A stretch of DNA of 64,000 nt, taken from positions 61,609 to 125,608 of IMG/VR virus record IMGVR_UViG_3300033069_001940; one strand, written 5' to 3'. Each line of letters begins with the position of its first letter. Position 1 is the stretch's first letter. This document shows positions 18,060 through 27,700 of this stretch, in pieces. This DNA is from a virus (taxonomy: Duplodnaviria; Caudoviricetes). The notes under the pieces are model-generated. The model saw only the letters and a program-made list of their open reading frames with translations, was not told the origin of the DNA and did not search any database. The position numbers were made by a program, and so were the translations under genes.

Positions 18060-18991
18060 AAATATTATATTCAGTTAGAGATAGTTTTAGCGCCGTTGAA
18101 CAATTAAGGTTTTTCAAAAAAGAACATGATTGTAAAACAATGGGATTTTATAATTCAATCAAACAACTAGAAGTGGTTGATTGGTTGTTAGATGGTTTGT
18201 ATTTAAATTCTTCTCCAAAAGAATCATTGTTTTTAACTAAAAAATATAAATGTAAATTGCCTAAAGTTAACGCTAATTTATTTGATCTTTTATTACAAGA
18301 TATTGAAAAATATAAACCAAACCTAATAATTTCAGATTTAGAGCCGGTTTCAGCTTTCATCGCTAAAATATTAGATATTCCTTATTGGAAAGTTAGTTCT
18401 TTGCATATCATAGATCATGCAAAATTACCAAAAGGTCTTTTAAATAAAAAAATATTTAATAATATAAATTATCATCTGCGAGCTTTGCCAAAATCTGATA
18501 GAACTTTAATAATATCTCCTTTCGCAGATTTTTATGAACTTGAATTAAGTCAAGAAGCAGAGTGGCTTTGTCCTCATTATGATAAAAATAATGAAATTCA
18601 AAGTGAAAACTTTACAGTAATTCATCAATCAAGAAAAAATTTACAACAAAGTTTAAGCGATTATGGATTAGATGTATATGATAATTGTGAAAATTTAGAT
18701 TTTGAAAATTGTAATTGGATTTTAACCGATGGATTAAACTCAAATATTTCAAAAGCTTTATATGCAGGTTTAGGTAATATCTATTCGACTTATAGTCCTA
18801 AAGATTTAGAAACTCAGATTAATTCATTTTTAATAGAGTATTTAGATTTGGGTAAAAGTTTTTCAGACTGGAATAAAGCTCCTGAAAAAATTTCAGATTA
18901 TCTTTATCATTTAGAACAATTAAAAATAATCAAACAAAGTCCGTCAGAATCATCCTATTATACATTAGGAGAAACTATAAATAACATATGA
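18056..18991 (+). CDS. Divergent glycosyltransferase-like protein (MJ1255/VC2487-like)
   Basis: MKILYSV start and KPNLIISDLEPVSAFIA...IP segment typical of this GT-B family. Confidence 0.5.
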   Translation: MKILYSVRDSFSAVEQLRFFKKEHDCKTMGFYNSIKQLEVVDWLLDGLYLNSSPKESLFLTKKYKCKLPKVNANLFDLLLQDIEKYKPNLIISDLEPVSAFIAKILDIPYWKVSSLHIIDHAKLPKGLLNKKIFNNINYHLRALPKSDRTLIISPFADFYELELSQEAEWLCPHYDKNNEIQSENFTVIHQSRKNLQQSLSDYGLDVYDNCENLDFENCNWILTDGLNSNISKALYAGLGNIYSTYSPKDLETQINSFLIEYLDLGKSFSDWNKAPEKISDYLYHLEQLKIIKQSPSESSYYTLGETINNI

Positions 18992-19629
18992 GAAAATTTA
19001 TTTTTGATGTAGGAAATGTTCTTTTTCATGTTAATTTTGATAAATTTAACAAAAGATTAAATGATTTAAATATTCATTTTCAAAATACCTCCAAATTGAA
19101 AACATTTGTAGACGATATTCAGGCTCATCAAGATTTGGGAATTGTTAATTTGGAGCAAGCTTTAAGGCATCACCTTGGAGTAGATGATAAATTCATTCCC
19201 GCTTTAGTAGAAGAATGGAATAATTGTTTGCAACCTAATATAAAAATGATTGATTTTTTTGAAAAAATTAAATCGAGTAAGTTTTATAATGAATTCAGAT
19301 TAATTGATCCTAAAGTCGCAATAGCTTCTAATATGGGTGTGGATCATTATAATTTCTTAAGAAATCAGTATCCAAATTTATTTAAAGGAATAGATGTATT
19401 TATTTCATCAAAAATTGGCGCTAGAAAACCTTCTAATTTATTTTTTCAATCCATAATTTTAGACTATCCAGCATACAGAGGGGCGTTATTTATTGACGAT
19501 CGAAAAGAAAATTTAGAAACAGCTTCTGGATATTTTCAAACTTATCATTTTGATTTACAACAATTATCCAATTCATCTAAACTAGATTCAGCTTTAGATC
19601 AATTATCAATGACAATTAAGAGTATGTAA
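18988..19629 (+). CDS. HAD-superfamily phosphatase (YihX-like)
   Basis: IFDVGNVL, IASN, RKP, FIDDRKENL. Confidence 0.85.
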   Translation: MRKFIFDVGNVLFHVNFDKFNKRLNDLNIHFQNTSKLKTFVDDIQAHQDLGIVNLEQALRHHLGVDDKFIPALVEEWNNCLQPNIKMIDFFEKIKSSKFYNEFRLIDPKVAIASNMGVDHYNFLRNQYPNLFKGIDVFISSKIGARKPSNLFFQSIILDYPAYRGALFIDDRKENLETASGYFQTYHFDLQQLSNSSKLDSALDQLSMTIKSM

Positions 19630-20017
19630 TAAGAACGTAAAGAGTATAATTTCTGTTTTTAACAGTATTTTTTATTGATTGAAACATTCCTGGAACAAAA
19701 ATATTAAATCTGCTACTTTCTTTTCCTAACAAGTTTGTAACATAATTAACTCTAGACTCATTAGTTTGGTATGGATTTTCTTCAAAGTTTCCAAATCTAA
19801 CAGCCAAACAGGGTTCTTTAAATAAAATGCCAACATCAGTTTCTGGGTCCGTAATGAAAACAGGAACTAAATCTCCTGGCTTTTGATTTTCTAAATATTG
19901 CCCCTCAGATCTGACTTTTTCAACTTTTTCATTTAATTTTAGAGCTAATGATTTAAAGTAACTAACCTTCTCAAAATCATCGGCTAATTTTACAAGGTTA
20001 TAATATTTATTTTTCAT
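19616..20017 (-). CDS. Hypothetical protein with N-terminal KLADDF peptide
   Basis: 133-aa ORF coupled to 20007-20879. Confidence 0.7.
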   Translation of the reverse strand: MKNKYYNLVKLADDFEKVSYFKSLALKLNEKVEKVRSEGQYLENQKPGDLVPVFITDPETDVGILFKEPCLAVRFGNFEENPYQTNESRVNYVTNLLGKESSRFNIFVPGMFQSIKNTVKNRNYTLYVLITYS

Positions 20018-20879
20018 TTTTAACCTTATATTTAGTAATTCCTGGAGTAACGGAAATGGCTTTGGCTATTTCTGGATTTTTCATAGCTTCTTCAAAACTC
20101 ATAGTTTGCCCGTTGTATTTAACTGTTCCTCCAACTAGCCTAGCTGAAGAAAGATATTCGGTATGTCCGGTGGTATCATGTGGTGTAAATGGTGAATGTT
20201 GAATAGGTTTACCATTTTTATCATAATAGCCGTATAAACTTAGTTTACCGTCTCTGGTTGGTTGAACAATATCTTTCATGTGGCCAGCAATTAATTTAGG
20301 AGGAGTATTGCCGTGTTGTTTTTTTAATTCCTCTTCGACTCTTTGATTGTATGCAACAGAGGTATCGGAATCTCCAATTTTTGTTGCTACAACTTGTTCT
20401 CCGGTATAATTTTTGCCACCAATTACTCCACCAGCACTTAAAGGTGCTGGCTGAATTTTTCCATCAGCCGCCGTCCAGATTTGTTTTGACATTTTGGTTG
20501 TGGGTAGATACATTCCAAAGTGGTTAGCTATTCTTTGGGCCGTCTGGCCGGTTAATGGAACTCGAATTCCATCAATAGTAAGATAGTCACTCATAACATA
20601 GTAGGTTAATTTGCCCCCGTCCGGCACTTGCACTGTAACAGGAACTAAGTTTTTAGGTGGCCCCATTTTGATTGCCTCTTGATAAATTAATTCTTCTCTT
20701 GCCGGCCCTTGAGGCATTTTAGCAAATTTATCTTTAAAACTTTCTGGCTTAGTTAAAGCGTCAATATTGGCGCCAAGTGGTTCTAATTTTTCTTTATTTT
20801 CAATAGCTTTATTAACCACATCCAGCAAAGCTGATTTCTTATAAAGCCTTTTCATTAATTCTAAGCGATAGTTACTCAT
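20007..20879 (-). CDS. Conserved hypothetical protein, possible cell-wall-acting enzyme
   Basis: DYL.I...RVPL...AQRIA...LPT.KM...IW, AGH.KDIV, YG....G.PIQ, H...Y....RLV; family function unknown to me. Confidence 0.6.
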   Translation of the reverse strand: MSNYRLELMKRLYKKSALLDVVNKAIENKEKLEPLGANIDALTKPESFKDKFAKMPQGPAREELIYQEAIKMGPPKNLVPVTVQVPDGGKLTYYVMSDYLTIDGIRVPLTGQTAQRIANHFGMYLPTTKMSKQIWTAADGKIQPAPLSAGGVIGGKNYTGEQVVATKIGDSDTSVAYNQRVEEELKKQHGNTPPKLIAGHMKDIVQPTRDGKLSLYGYYDKNGKPIQHSPFTPHDTTGHTEYLSSARLVGGTVKYNGQTMSFEEAMKNPEIAKAISVTPGITKYKVKNEK

Positions 20880-20974
20880 AACATAATGAAAATTTATTCA
20901 TAGAAAGAAAATTATGTACATTTTAAATCACCAATTACGATTCGTTTCAATTGATTTACCATTAAAGGTAAAAT

Positions 20975-21247
20975 ATGAATAGAGAAGAAAATGACCCAAT
21001 TTATTTAAATGCTTTATATGATGTTCTAGGCCGTCTAGGCGGGGATGATACACACGCGAGTCTTAGCAATTTGGACTATGAGTCTACTATTAAAGAAATT
21101 TTAAGTATGGTAGAGGCTCATGAAGAAATTGCCTCTAAACGTCATTGCAGGCTTTTAAGAAGAAAAGCGGCCAAGCTAGTTCTGCAAAAAGGCTTAGTTG
21201 AATTAGCAGAAGATATTCTAGAATTAGATTTATTAGAGGAAAAATAA
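20975..21247 (+). CDS. Hypothetical protein
   Basis: 90-aa ORF with AAGG SD. Confidence 0.6.
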   Translation: MNREENDPIYLNALYDVLGRLGGDDTHASLSNLDYESTIKEILSMVEAHEEIASKRHCRLLRRKAAKLVLQKGLVELAEDILELDLLEEK

Positions 21248-21250
21248 TTT

Positions 21251-22087
21251 ATGTCAAAAACTACAGCATTATACGCAATTTCGGCGGCACTACATAAAGC
21301 AGAAGAATTTGCCGAAGTCAAAGACTGGTATAGTAAAAATGATTTTCAAAAAGAATTTTTGGAAAAATTCTTTCCCAAAGACTCAGAGTCACAATACTTT
21401 ACTCCAGAAGAATTAGAATCAATCGCCTCTACTAGCGCCGAAGAAATTAATTCGTTTTTAAAAGAACGAGGTTTTGATTTAGAGTTAGGGCCAATTCCTC
21501 CATATGGTTTTGGGACGGCTGGGGTTATGCGGGTTTTGGTGAAATGGAAAAAAGCTGGAACGAAGATTAAAATTTTTAATAAAAATCGCAAAGAATATCC
21601 TGCTGCAAAGTTAGAAAATATAGCTATTTATGAAGTTAAAGGCTGGCCTAATTTGGTAGCGGAGATTGAATGCGAAAATAAAGATAAAGTTTATCTTACC
21701 AAAGCTGAGAAAGATTATTCTGGTTTCTGGTTTTTACCAGAACAACTTTTAGAAGAAAATAATTTCCTTCGCAAAGGATTTTACGAAATTAAATTTCCTT
21801 TTGTTGATTTAAATCAAATGGTTGATATATCTTTTCTTCAAAACATGGCACTAGAAAATCAATTTCAAATTGAAAAAGCAATTCAACAAACTAAATTCAG
21901 GATGAATCACCTTGGTGCAAAAGCGGAAAGTGCAGCGGCTTTTAAATATTTAAGATGTTGTAGCCAATCTCCTTCATTAATTTTTAATGAGCCTTTTCTA
22001 ATTTGGATGACTAGACCAGGATTATCTATGCCATATTTTGTTGGTTACATTACAGAAGATGACTGGAAGGATCCGGGTGATTTATGA
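21251..22087 (+). CDS. Serpin-like protein (shortened, 278 aa)
   Basis: EEINSFL, VKWK, KAIQQTKFRMNHLGAKAESAAA hinge, LIFNEPFLIWM, PYFVGYI. Confidence 0.65.
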   Translation: MSKTTALYAISAALHKAEEFAEVKDWYSKNDFQKEFLEKFFPKDSESQYFTPEELESIASTSAEEINSFLKERGFDLELGPIPPYGFGTAGVMRVLVKWKKAGTKIKIFNKNRKEYPAAKLENIAIYEVKGWPNLVAEIECENKDKVYLTKAEKDYSGFWFLPEQLLEENNFLRKGFYEIKFPFVDLNQMVDISFLQNMALENQFQIEKAIQQTKFRMNHLGAKAESAAAFKYLRCCSQSPSLIFNEPFLIWMTRPGLSMPYFVGYITEDDWKDPGDL

Positions 22088-22323
22088 AAATTTATCGAGT
22101 TAACGTACAAGTAGATCTTTTAGTCGAAGCAGAAGATGAAATTGATGCCGAAGAAGTTGCTTTAGATAATTTTAAAGAAGAAACGCCACAGATTTACTCT
22201 GCGGTACAGATAGATGATGTTAATGAACTTACTGAGGACGAACAATTATCACTCCCTTGGAGAAGTTGGAAAAGGCAAAATGAAGATGATCTGACCGTTA
22301 AAGAGATTTTAGAAAATGGATAA
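22084..22323 (+). CDS. Acidic hypothetical protein
   Basis: 79-aa ORF, VEAEDEIDAEE. Confidence 0.65.
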   Translation: MKIYRVNVQVDLLVEAEDEIDAEEVALDNFKEETPQIYSAVQIDDVNELTEDEQLSLPWRSWKRQNEDDLTVKEILENG

Positions 22324-22729
22324 AAAACAGGTACAATCAAATATTAGTAATTTGGAAGAATTAAATAGAGCCCTTTTTAATTCTCCTTTAATCGGTGATA
22401 CTATCTATTATCTAGAGAATTCTTTAAGTATTTTTGATTTGTCTAAATTTAAAGAAGGAGATGTTTTAAAATTAAATTTTACTCCAGAAATTAATAATGA
22501 GGTTAATCCGTCTTGGATAACTTTTAAACATTTCTTAGTAAAAGACGCTGTTTGTTATGTAAAGAATATTGTTTTCCATTATGGTAAATTTAGATGTGGA
22601 GTTATTTTCAAAAATGATAGTTATAAACATTTTGAAACAGGAGAATTGTTTCCAACAAAAGAAGATGATAAATTGATGTTTTATTTTAATGAGTGTGATC
22701 TTTCAATTTTAGAAAATGATCAATTTTAG
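22316..22729 (+). CDS. Hypothetical protein
   Basis: 137-aa ORF; C-terminus altered by the 17-bp duplication. Confidence 0.65.
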   Translation: MDKKQVQSNISNLEELNRALFNSPLIGDTIYYLENSLSIFDLSKFKEGDVLKLNFTPEINNEVNPSWITFKHFLVKDAVCYVKNIVFHYGKFRCGVIFKNDSYKHFETGELFPTKEDDKLMFYFNECDLSILENDQF

Positions 22730-22736
22730 AAAATGA
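22703..22736. repeat. 17-bp perfect tandem duplication
   Basis: TCAATTTTAGAAAATGA x2. Confidence 0.9.
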
Positions 22737-22894
22737 TAAAAAAATCATATAATTCATCTATAATAAAACTATCTTCAGTAGATTTAATTGAAGAATTTGC
22801 ATCGGCTTGTTCTATTGGTAACGAAATGGATAATAGAACTAGAATCGAAGAATTAAAAAAAGAATTATTGAGAAGGTTAGAAAAATGCAAATGA
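22733..22894 (+). CDS. Small hypothetical protein (53 aa, not in ORF track)
   Basis: MIKKSYNSS...RIEELKKELLRRLEKCK; fills gap, ATGA overlap with next gene. Confidence 0.6.
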   Translation: MIKKSYNSSIIKLSSVDLIEEFASACSIGNEMDNRTRIEELKKELLRRLEKCK

Positions 22895-23442
22895 ATTTTG
22901 AAAAAGGTGATTATGTTGAAATAACAAGTAAAATTGTCGAAGAACCAAACTCATTTTTAGCATTCTCTTATTCCGATCAATTATTTAAAGGTAAAAAATT
23001 AAAAGATTGTTCTAGAAATGATTTAGTTGGGTTACGAGGTATTTTAGTAGATCTCAACAGAGATGAAGCGGAGATAATTTGTCTATCAGAAGATTCTGCT
23101 TTTTCAATCTCTTTGCCTTTAAGACAATTACAACTGATAAACAAAGGAAAAGAAAGAGCCGCTTTCTTTACAAGATGCGCTCTTGAGGAATTTCATGAAA
23201 AATTAGAAGAAAAACGAATGAATGCTTATGCGGAAGAAAAACTGTCTAAAGTAGATACTACGGCATATCGATCATCATATGTAGAAGAAGAATATGAAAC
23301 TATTACAACTACCGGCAGGCCAGAAGAAAATCCAATTCGTCCCAATGGTTCAGGTTGGAGATTAGTTTCATCGGCGGCAGTAAACTCAAGTTCTATTTAT
23401 TGTTATGTTTGTTGGTATTGGGAAAGGCGTAAAAATGGGTGA
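22891..23442 (+). CDS. Hypothetical protein
   Basis: FEKGDYVEI N-terminus; start by ATGA overlap. Confidence 0.65.
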   Translation: MNFEKGDYVEITSKIVEEPNSFLAFSYSDQLFKGKKLKDCSRNDLVGLRGILVDLNRDEAEIICLSEDSAFSISLPLRQLQLINKGKERAAFFTRCALEEFHEKLEEKRMNAYAEEKLSKVDTTAYRSSYVEEEYETITTTGRPEENPIRPNGSGWRLVSSAAVNSSSIYCYVCWYWERRKNG

Positions 23443-23779
23443 ATATTTTGAATTTAAAATCGGGAAAATATCCGTATCAGAATTTAAAGATTTAATAGAT
23501 TCTTGCATTCCAAATGCATTTGAAGGGTGGGAATTTATTAAGTTACAAGTTGTACCTTGTGATATTAAAGACGATCGTTTAATTAAAATTGCAATATTAG
23601 ATATAAGATATCCAAATGCAGATGCAATTTTTTCAGTTTCATTGTTAAAGAATGGAAATTTAGAATCAAAATTAACCCCATGGGGTGGTAATTATTTTGG
23701 TGATGGCAAGCAGGAAAAATTATTAACAATTATTAAAAATAAGGTTAAGGATGGAAGCTTTAAGTTGGTTAAAATATAA
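23435..23779 (+). CDS. Hypothetical protein
   Basis: Probable start MGEYF. Confidence 0.6.
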   Translation: MGEYFEFKIGKISVSEFKDLIDSCIPNAFEGWEFIKLQVVPCDIKDDRLIKIAILDIRYPNADAIFSVSLLKNGNLESKLTPWGGNYFGDGKQEKLLTIIKNKVKDGSFKLVKI

Positions 23780-24068
23780 TAAAAATAGAGAATTTGCCGC
23801 TAATGCTTTTTCTAGAACAGAAGCTTTAAGCTTTATTAAAAAGCTTTATAAATTAGGAATTACTAGAGCAGAAATAGAAAGTTTTGGTTCTGAGCCAGAT
23901 TATTCAGATAGAATTTGTCTTAGTTTACCGGCATCTTTATCAGCTAGATTAGATATAGTTTCGTTTATATTTAGTTATAGATGGCCAGATGAAATTACTT
24001 CACACGAAGAATATGTAATTCCGGTCAAATGGAAAATTGATAAAAAAGTATATTTGTGGTGGGATTAA
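23751..24068 (+). CDS. Hypothetical protein (EAL.WL...FA.N.F...LWWD type)
   Basis: 105-aa ORF ending LWWD. Confidence 0.65.
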   Translation: MEALSWLKYNKNREFAANAFSRTEALSFIKKLYKLGITRAEIESFGSEPDYSDRICLSLPASLSARLDIVSFIFSYRWPDEITSHEEYVIPVKWKIDKKVYLWWD

Positions 24069-24124
24069 TTAATTAAATTATCCATATTTTGCTATTTAAA
24101 ATGTAAATAAGTAAACGGAGATAT

Positions 24125-24931
24125 ATGTCAGGTTTTTTTGGAAGAGGATCGGCGGGAGCGCAAGGGCCACAGGGGCCGCAAGGACCGGAAGGGCCGGCTG
24201 GTCCTCCTGGAGCGGGGGCATCACGATTAGTTGCATTGGATGAAAATGATTTAATACAATGGAAATTTAATGAGGTATCAGGCCCATTTCTTAATACTGG
24301 TTCTGGTGGAACTTGTTCACTGGCAGCGACTGGAAATATTACAACATCTGTTGTAAGTTTATTTAATACTGGTGTAGTTGTCAACGATTCTGCTGCTGCT
24401 AAATTATGTTCCGTAGATACGACTGTCGGAGAAGCGCCGGGAGGAGCCGTAACATTGCATGGTTGGGTTCATCCTTTGGGTTGGACTAATGCTGCTGGTG
24501 GATTCTGGAAATTAGCCGCTCAAACTGGTGGCGGCTGGCAACAGCCATATACTAGCCTTGGTTGGCAAATTGGAAGCAATAGCGGAATCTGGACGGCAGT
24601 TTGTGCTGTTGGTGGAGAACAAAAATATGGCACAGTTTCCCAATTCAATGCATTAAAGCTTAATATGTGGCAACATATAGCTGTTGTTCATAATGGTTTA
24701 AAATTAAAAGGTTATATTAATGGAAATTTAGCAATTGACGTTGATGCCGTAGGTGATACAGATTGGTCGGCTCATGGTCCGTGGTGTATTGGCGACAATG
24801 TTAATAATTCTGGGCAAACAATAAATATGATTTTTGATGATTGGCGTGTTAGATCGGTTGCTATGACTCAGGAAGAAATAGAAGAAATTTATCGACGTGC
24901 TCTTGGGTTATACCCCGCCAACGGAGAATAA
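24125..24931 (+). CDS. Collagen-repeat + LamG/concanavalin A-like protein (putative virion appendage)
   Basis: GxY repeats (GPQGPQGPEGPAGPPG); W.HIAVV..G.....YING, IG, DDWRV...A.T.EEI..IY; locally higher GC. Confidence 0.8.
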   Translation: MSGFFGRGSAGAQGPQGPQGPEGPAGPPGAGASRLVALDENDLIQWKFNEVSGPFLNTGSGGTCSLAATGNITTSVVSLFNTGVVVNDSAAAKLCSVDTTVGEAPGGAVTLHGWVHPLGWTNAAGGFWKLAAQTGGGWQQPYTSLGWQIGSNSGIWTAVCAVGGEQKYGTVSQFNALKLNMWQHIAVVHNGLKLKGYINGNLAIDVDAVGDTDWSAHGPWCIGDNVNNSGQTINMIFDDWRVRSVAMTQEEIEEIYRRALGLYPANGE

Positions 24932-24941
24932 ATAAACTTGT

Positions 24942-25331
24942 ATGAAATATACTAGTTTTGGGACTTTGAATTCAAAGTATGAAAATGGTATTACCAGAAT
25001 AGTTTTAGAAGTGGACTTAGAAATTGTTAATTTTGCTAGAGCTTTAGTTCCAAAATATTATAAATTAAATCGTCAAAAATATTCTCCGCATATAAGTGTG
25101 GTGAGGGAGTCTTTTCCAATAAAAAATATTTCTCAATTTAGCGGAGAGACTGTTATGTTTACATATGACTTTGACATTGTTTGTGGCGATGTTTATTGGT
25201 GGTTGTATGCAGAGAGTGCTCGTTTACGCGAGTTACGGCTGGAACTTGGATTACCAGAATTAGACTGGTATAATCGTCCGCCTGATAATAAAGACTGCTT
25301 TCATATTACTATAGGTAATCAAAAAATATAA
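24942..25331 (+). CDS. 2H phosphoesterase (Acb1/2'-5' RNA ligase-like fold)
   Basis: Two HxS/T motifs: PHISV and FHITIG. Confidence 0.75.
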   Translation: MKYTSFGTLNSKYENGITRIVLEVDLEIVNFARALVPKYYKLNRQKYSPHISVVRESFPIKNISQFSGETVMFTYDFDIVCGDVYWWLYAESARLRELRLELGLPELDWYNRPPDNKDCFHITIGNQKI

Positions 25332-25537
25332 TGGCACAAGAAAACGAAGAAAAAAAGCCGTGGTGGGTATTTAAATTTAACAAAGCATGCAAATTAAATT
25401 CTTTTGGATGTGAGTGTTGTGGTTATTTTCATGGTTCAAAAGATGAAAAAAGAGCAGGGCTGAAAATTGAGTTCGATGGAACCCGAGTAGTTACAAAAGA
25501 TAAAATATCAGAGGAATATGACAATTTATCAAAATAA
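25331..25537 (+). CDS. Small Cys-rich hypothetical protein
   Basis: 68-aa ORF, TAATG coupling. Confidence 0.55.
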   Translation: MAQENEEKKPWWVFKFNKACKLNSFGCECCGYFHGSKDEKRAGLKIEFDGTRVVTKDKISEEYDNLSK

Positions 25538-25835
25538 AGATATAGCTTATATGACCGTTGTTTTGGTTTTAAATGGCTGAAAAAGAGTTTCTTTAGATGA
25601 CTATGATGAATTTGTCAAACATCGCTCAGATATTTTAGATAGAATAACTTGGTGCGAAATTATTAATAAAAATGAGGCAAATAATCTTTGGACAAAAGAT
25701 AACGAAGAATTAGTAATTTATTAAAAAATCTCTTTACCAAGACGCAGATGTAAAAAGTATTTATTTTACTCTAGAAGAAGCTTTTGGCCGACAAGAAAAT
25801 CTATGATAGATTATAAAGAATATAAAAGAAACTGA
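25518..25835 (+). pseudogene. Decayed gene
   Basis: GAGGA SD + ATG 25518; in-frame TGA at 25578 followed by 47 sense codons, then apparent frameshift(s). Confidence 0.55.
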
Positions 25836-25841
25836 TTGATA

Positions 25842-26321
25842 ATGCTAACATATCAAGAATATTTAAATAAATATCCGAATGATAGATATTTAGGCTGGGC
25901 TAAAATGTGCAATAGCACAACTTGGCCCAAGGCTAAATTAATTAGCTCTGGATTTTTAGAGTTTACTCCGGAAACTGCTTGCTGCTGGGGCGGGCCATTT
26001 ACAGGCAATCATTGTTTATTTAGAATTCAAGATTTTACTTATGCAGATAGGCGTGGTGTTAATCTGATCGATTATCTAGAGCAATTAGAAATTAAAATGC
26101 GCCGTTCTGCGGAATTTTATCAAAAAGATTTTATTCCATTTAACGATCAGCCTAGTCGAGAAAAGCCGATTGCTTTTCAAATGTACGGTAACGACGACAC
26201 ATCTTACACGAAATTTTATTCATCATCAGAAAATGCCTTGGATGAATTGCAATTATTAATTGTCTGTGAGCCTTTAGATTTTCATGAGGTAATTGAGTTG
26301 GGATTCATATTTACAAATTAA
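25842..26321 (+). CDS. Hypothetical protein
   Basis: ORF containing YGNDDTSYTK. Confidence 0.65.
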   Translation: MLTYQEYLNKYPNDRYLGWAKMCNSTTWPKAKLISSGFLEFTPETACCWGGPFTGNHCLFRIQDFTYADRRGVNLIDYLEQLEIKMRRSAEFYQKDFIPFNDQPSREKPIAFQMYGNDDTSYTKFYSSSENALDELQLLIVCEPLDFHEVIELGFIFTN

Positions 26322-26325
26322 ATTT

Positions 26326-27132
26326 ATGAAAAAATCAGTTAAACAAACAGTTGCAGATATAGAAAAATCAAAGTCAAAAAAACAAATTAAAATAATTAAA
26401 GACTTTGGTTGGTTTGATACAAAAGTATCTTTACAGGAACTTTTAGATTTGGCGAATGGGCTAGACCCAGCCAAAGTATTTATTGAAGTTATTTACGATC
26501 AGCCTTATGATGAAAATGCAGATTTAATCTTATTTACAAATGAATTATCCTAAAGTAAAATACAAAAAACAAAAGATTGTTAAAATTAATTTAATACCAG
26601 ATGATAAACTGAACACTATTAAATTGAAAATAGAGAAACAAAACAAATCTCTAACAAATTTACAAAAGAAATTAATTGAATCAATTAAAAATTCTAAGTT
26701 GGAATGTTTTAATTGCAAAAACCAACATAAAATTGGTGAAATAGATTATGTCCAGCCATATCATTATAATTATGAAGCTTATTGTGAAGGCTTTGAACCA
26801 GACTCTAACGAAGGTTCTTTTTTATGTCCTCAATGTGAGTCATTGAATAGGTTTAATGATAAAGAGTTAATAAATTATAGATATTATTTTAAATCTATGG
26901 TTCAAAATTATTATGGGGTTAGAGCATACTAATGAAAATCAAAGATTATATTGAAGAGACTAGGAATTTAGAATTAAGACTTGGGGAGACGTTCGACGCA
27001 ATAGAATATTTAAAAATATTTGATGCTGTGGAAAACAGAATATTGGATATGGAAATTTTACTTAAGAACGGTTATTCGCTTGATGATGAAATGCCTGAGT
27101 TTCCAAACAGATTAATAGAAATTAAATGGTAA
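26326..27132 (+). other. Three small coupled hypothetical genes (26326-26553, 26540-26932 with CxxC..CxxC, 26932-27132)
   Basis: Overlapping stop/start junctions in ORF track. Confidence 0.6.
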
Positions 27133-27135
27133 TAA

Positions 27136-27573
27136 ATGAAAAATAAAAAATATGTTATAAAACACAGTAATACCAAAAATTATTGGTCAGTCTCTATTTA
27201 TCATACTAATGGCGGCATATGGGTAAATGATCTTGCTACGGCGTCAAAATTTTGTTCAAAATTTGAAGCCTTGAAAAGCATAGAAAATTTTTGTTTAGAT
27301 TGTGATAAGCTCAATTTCGATCTTAGATCGCTAATTAAATTAGTTAGATTAAAATCTTCTGGAATTAAAAAAGTAAAACCGGGTTTGGTGTTTAGATTTA
27401 TAGATGAAACAACTCCCTGTTTAGTAATTAAACCTATTGATAGTCGCATACTATTTGTTAATGCAAATAATGCTGAGTCAGAATATGCTTATGTAAACAG
27501 TTTTGATTCATCTAAAAAATTCTGGGAAAGTCTTAAAGCCGGCGAGATAGAAATTATTTGGCAACCGAGCTGA
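27136..27573 (+). CDS. Paralog family member (shared N-module + C-module A)
   Basis: YVIK..YW..W...A.KF.SK.EA...LVRLK then VKPGLVFRF...IEIIWQP. Confidence 0.7.
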   Translation: MKNKKYVIKHSNTKNYWSVSIYHTNGGIWVNDLATASKFCSKFEALKSIENFCLDCDKLNFDLRSLIKLVRLKSSGIKKVKPGLVFRFIDETTPCLVIKPIDSRILFVNANNAESEYAYVNSFDSSKKFWESLKAGEIEIIWQPS

Positions 27574-27605
27574 AAATGTCTTTTAAATTATATAAAGATT
27601 CTTAT

Positions 27606-27669
27606 GTGAACGCTCTCTCGCCTTTAGGCGAGAGCTTCTCGATTTCTCAAAGGATGCGTCCCCATCCTT
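27606..27669 (-). mobile_element. Orphan right end / partial reRNA scaffold of the tnpB element
   Basis: 58/64 identity to 53367-53430; no left end or tnpB adjacent. Confidence 0.85.
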
Positions 27670-27700
27670 GCTCTAAATGTGAAGATAGGATTCCAAGACC

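Noticed and set aside
25578-25580. In-frame TGA as evidence of stop-codon recoding
   Set aside because: TGA, TAA and TAG all end well-conserved genes here, including many ATGA overlaps; the same region also has frameshifts
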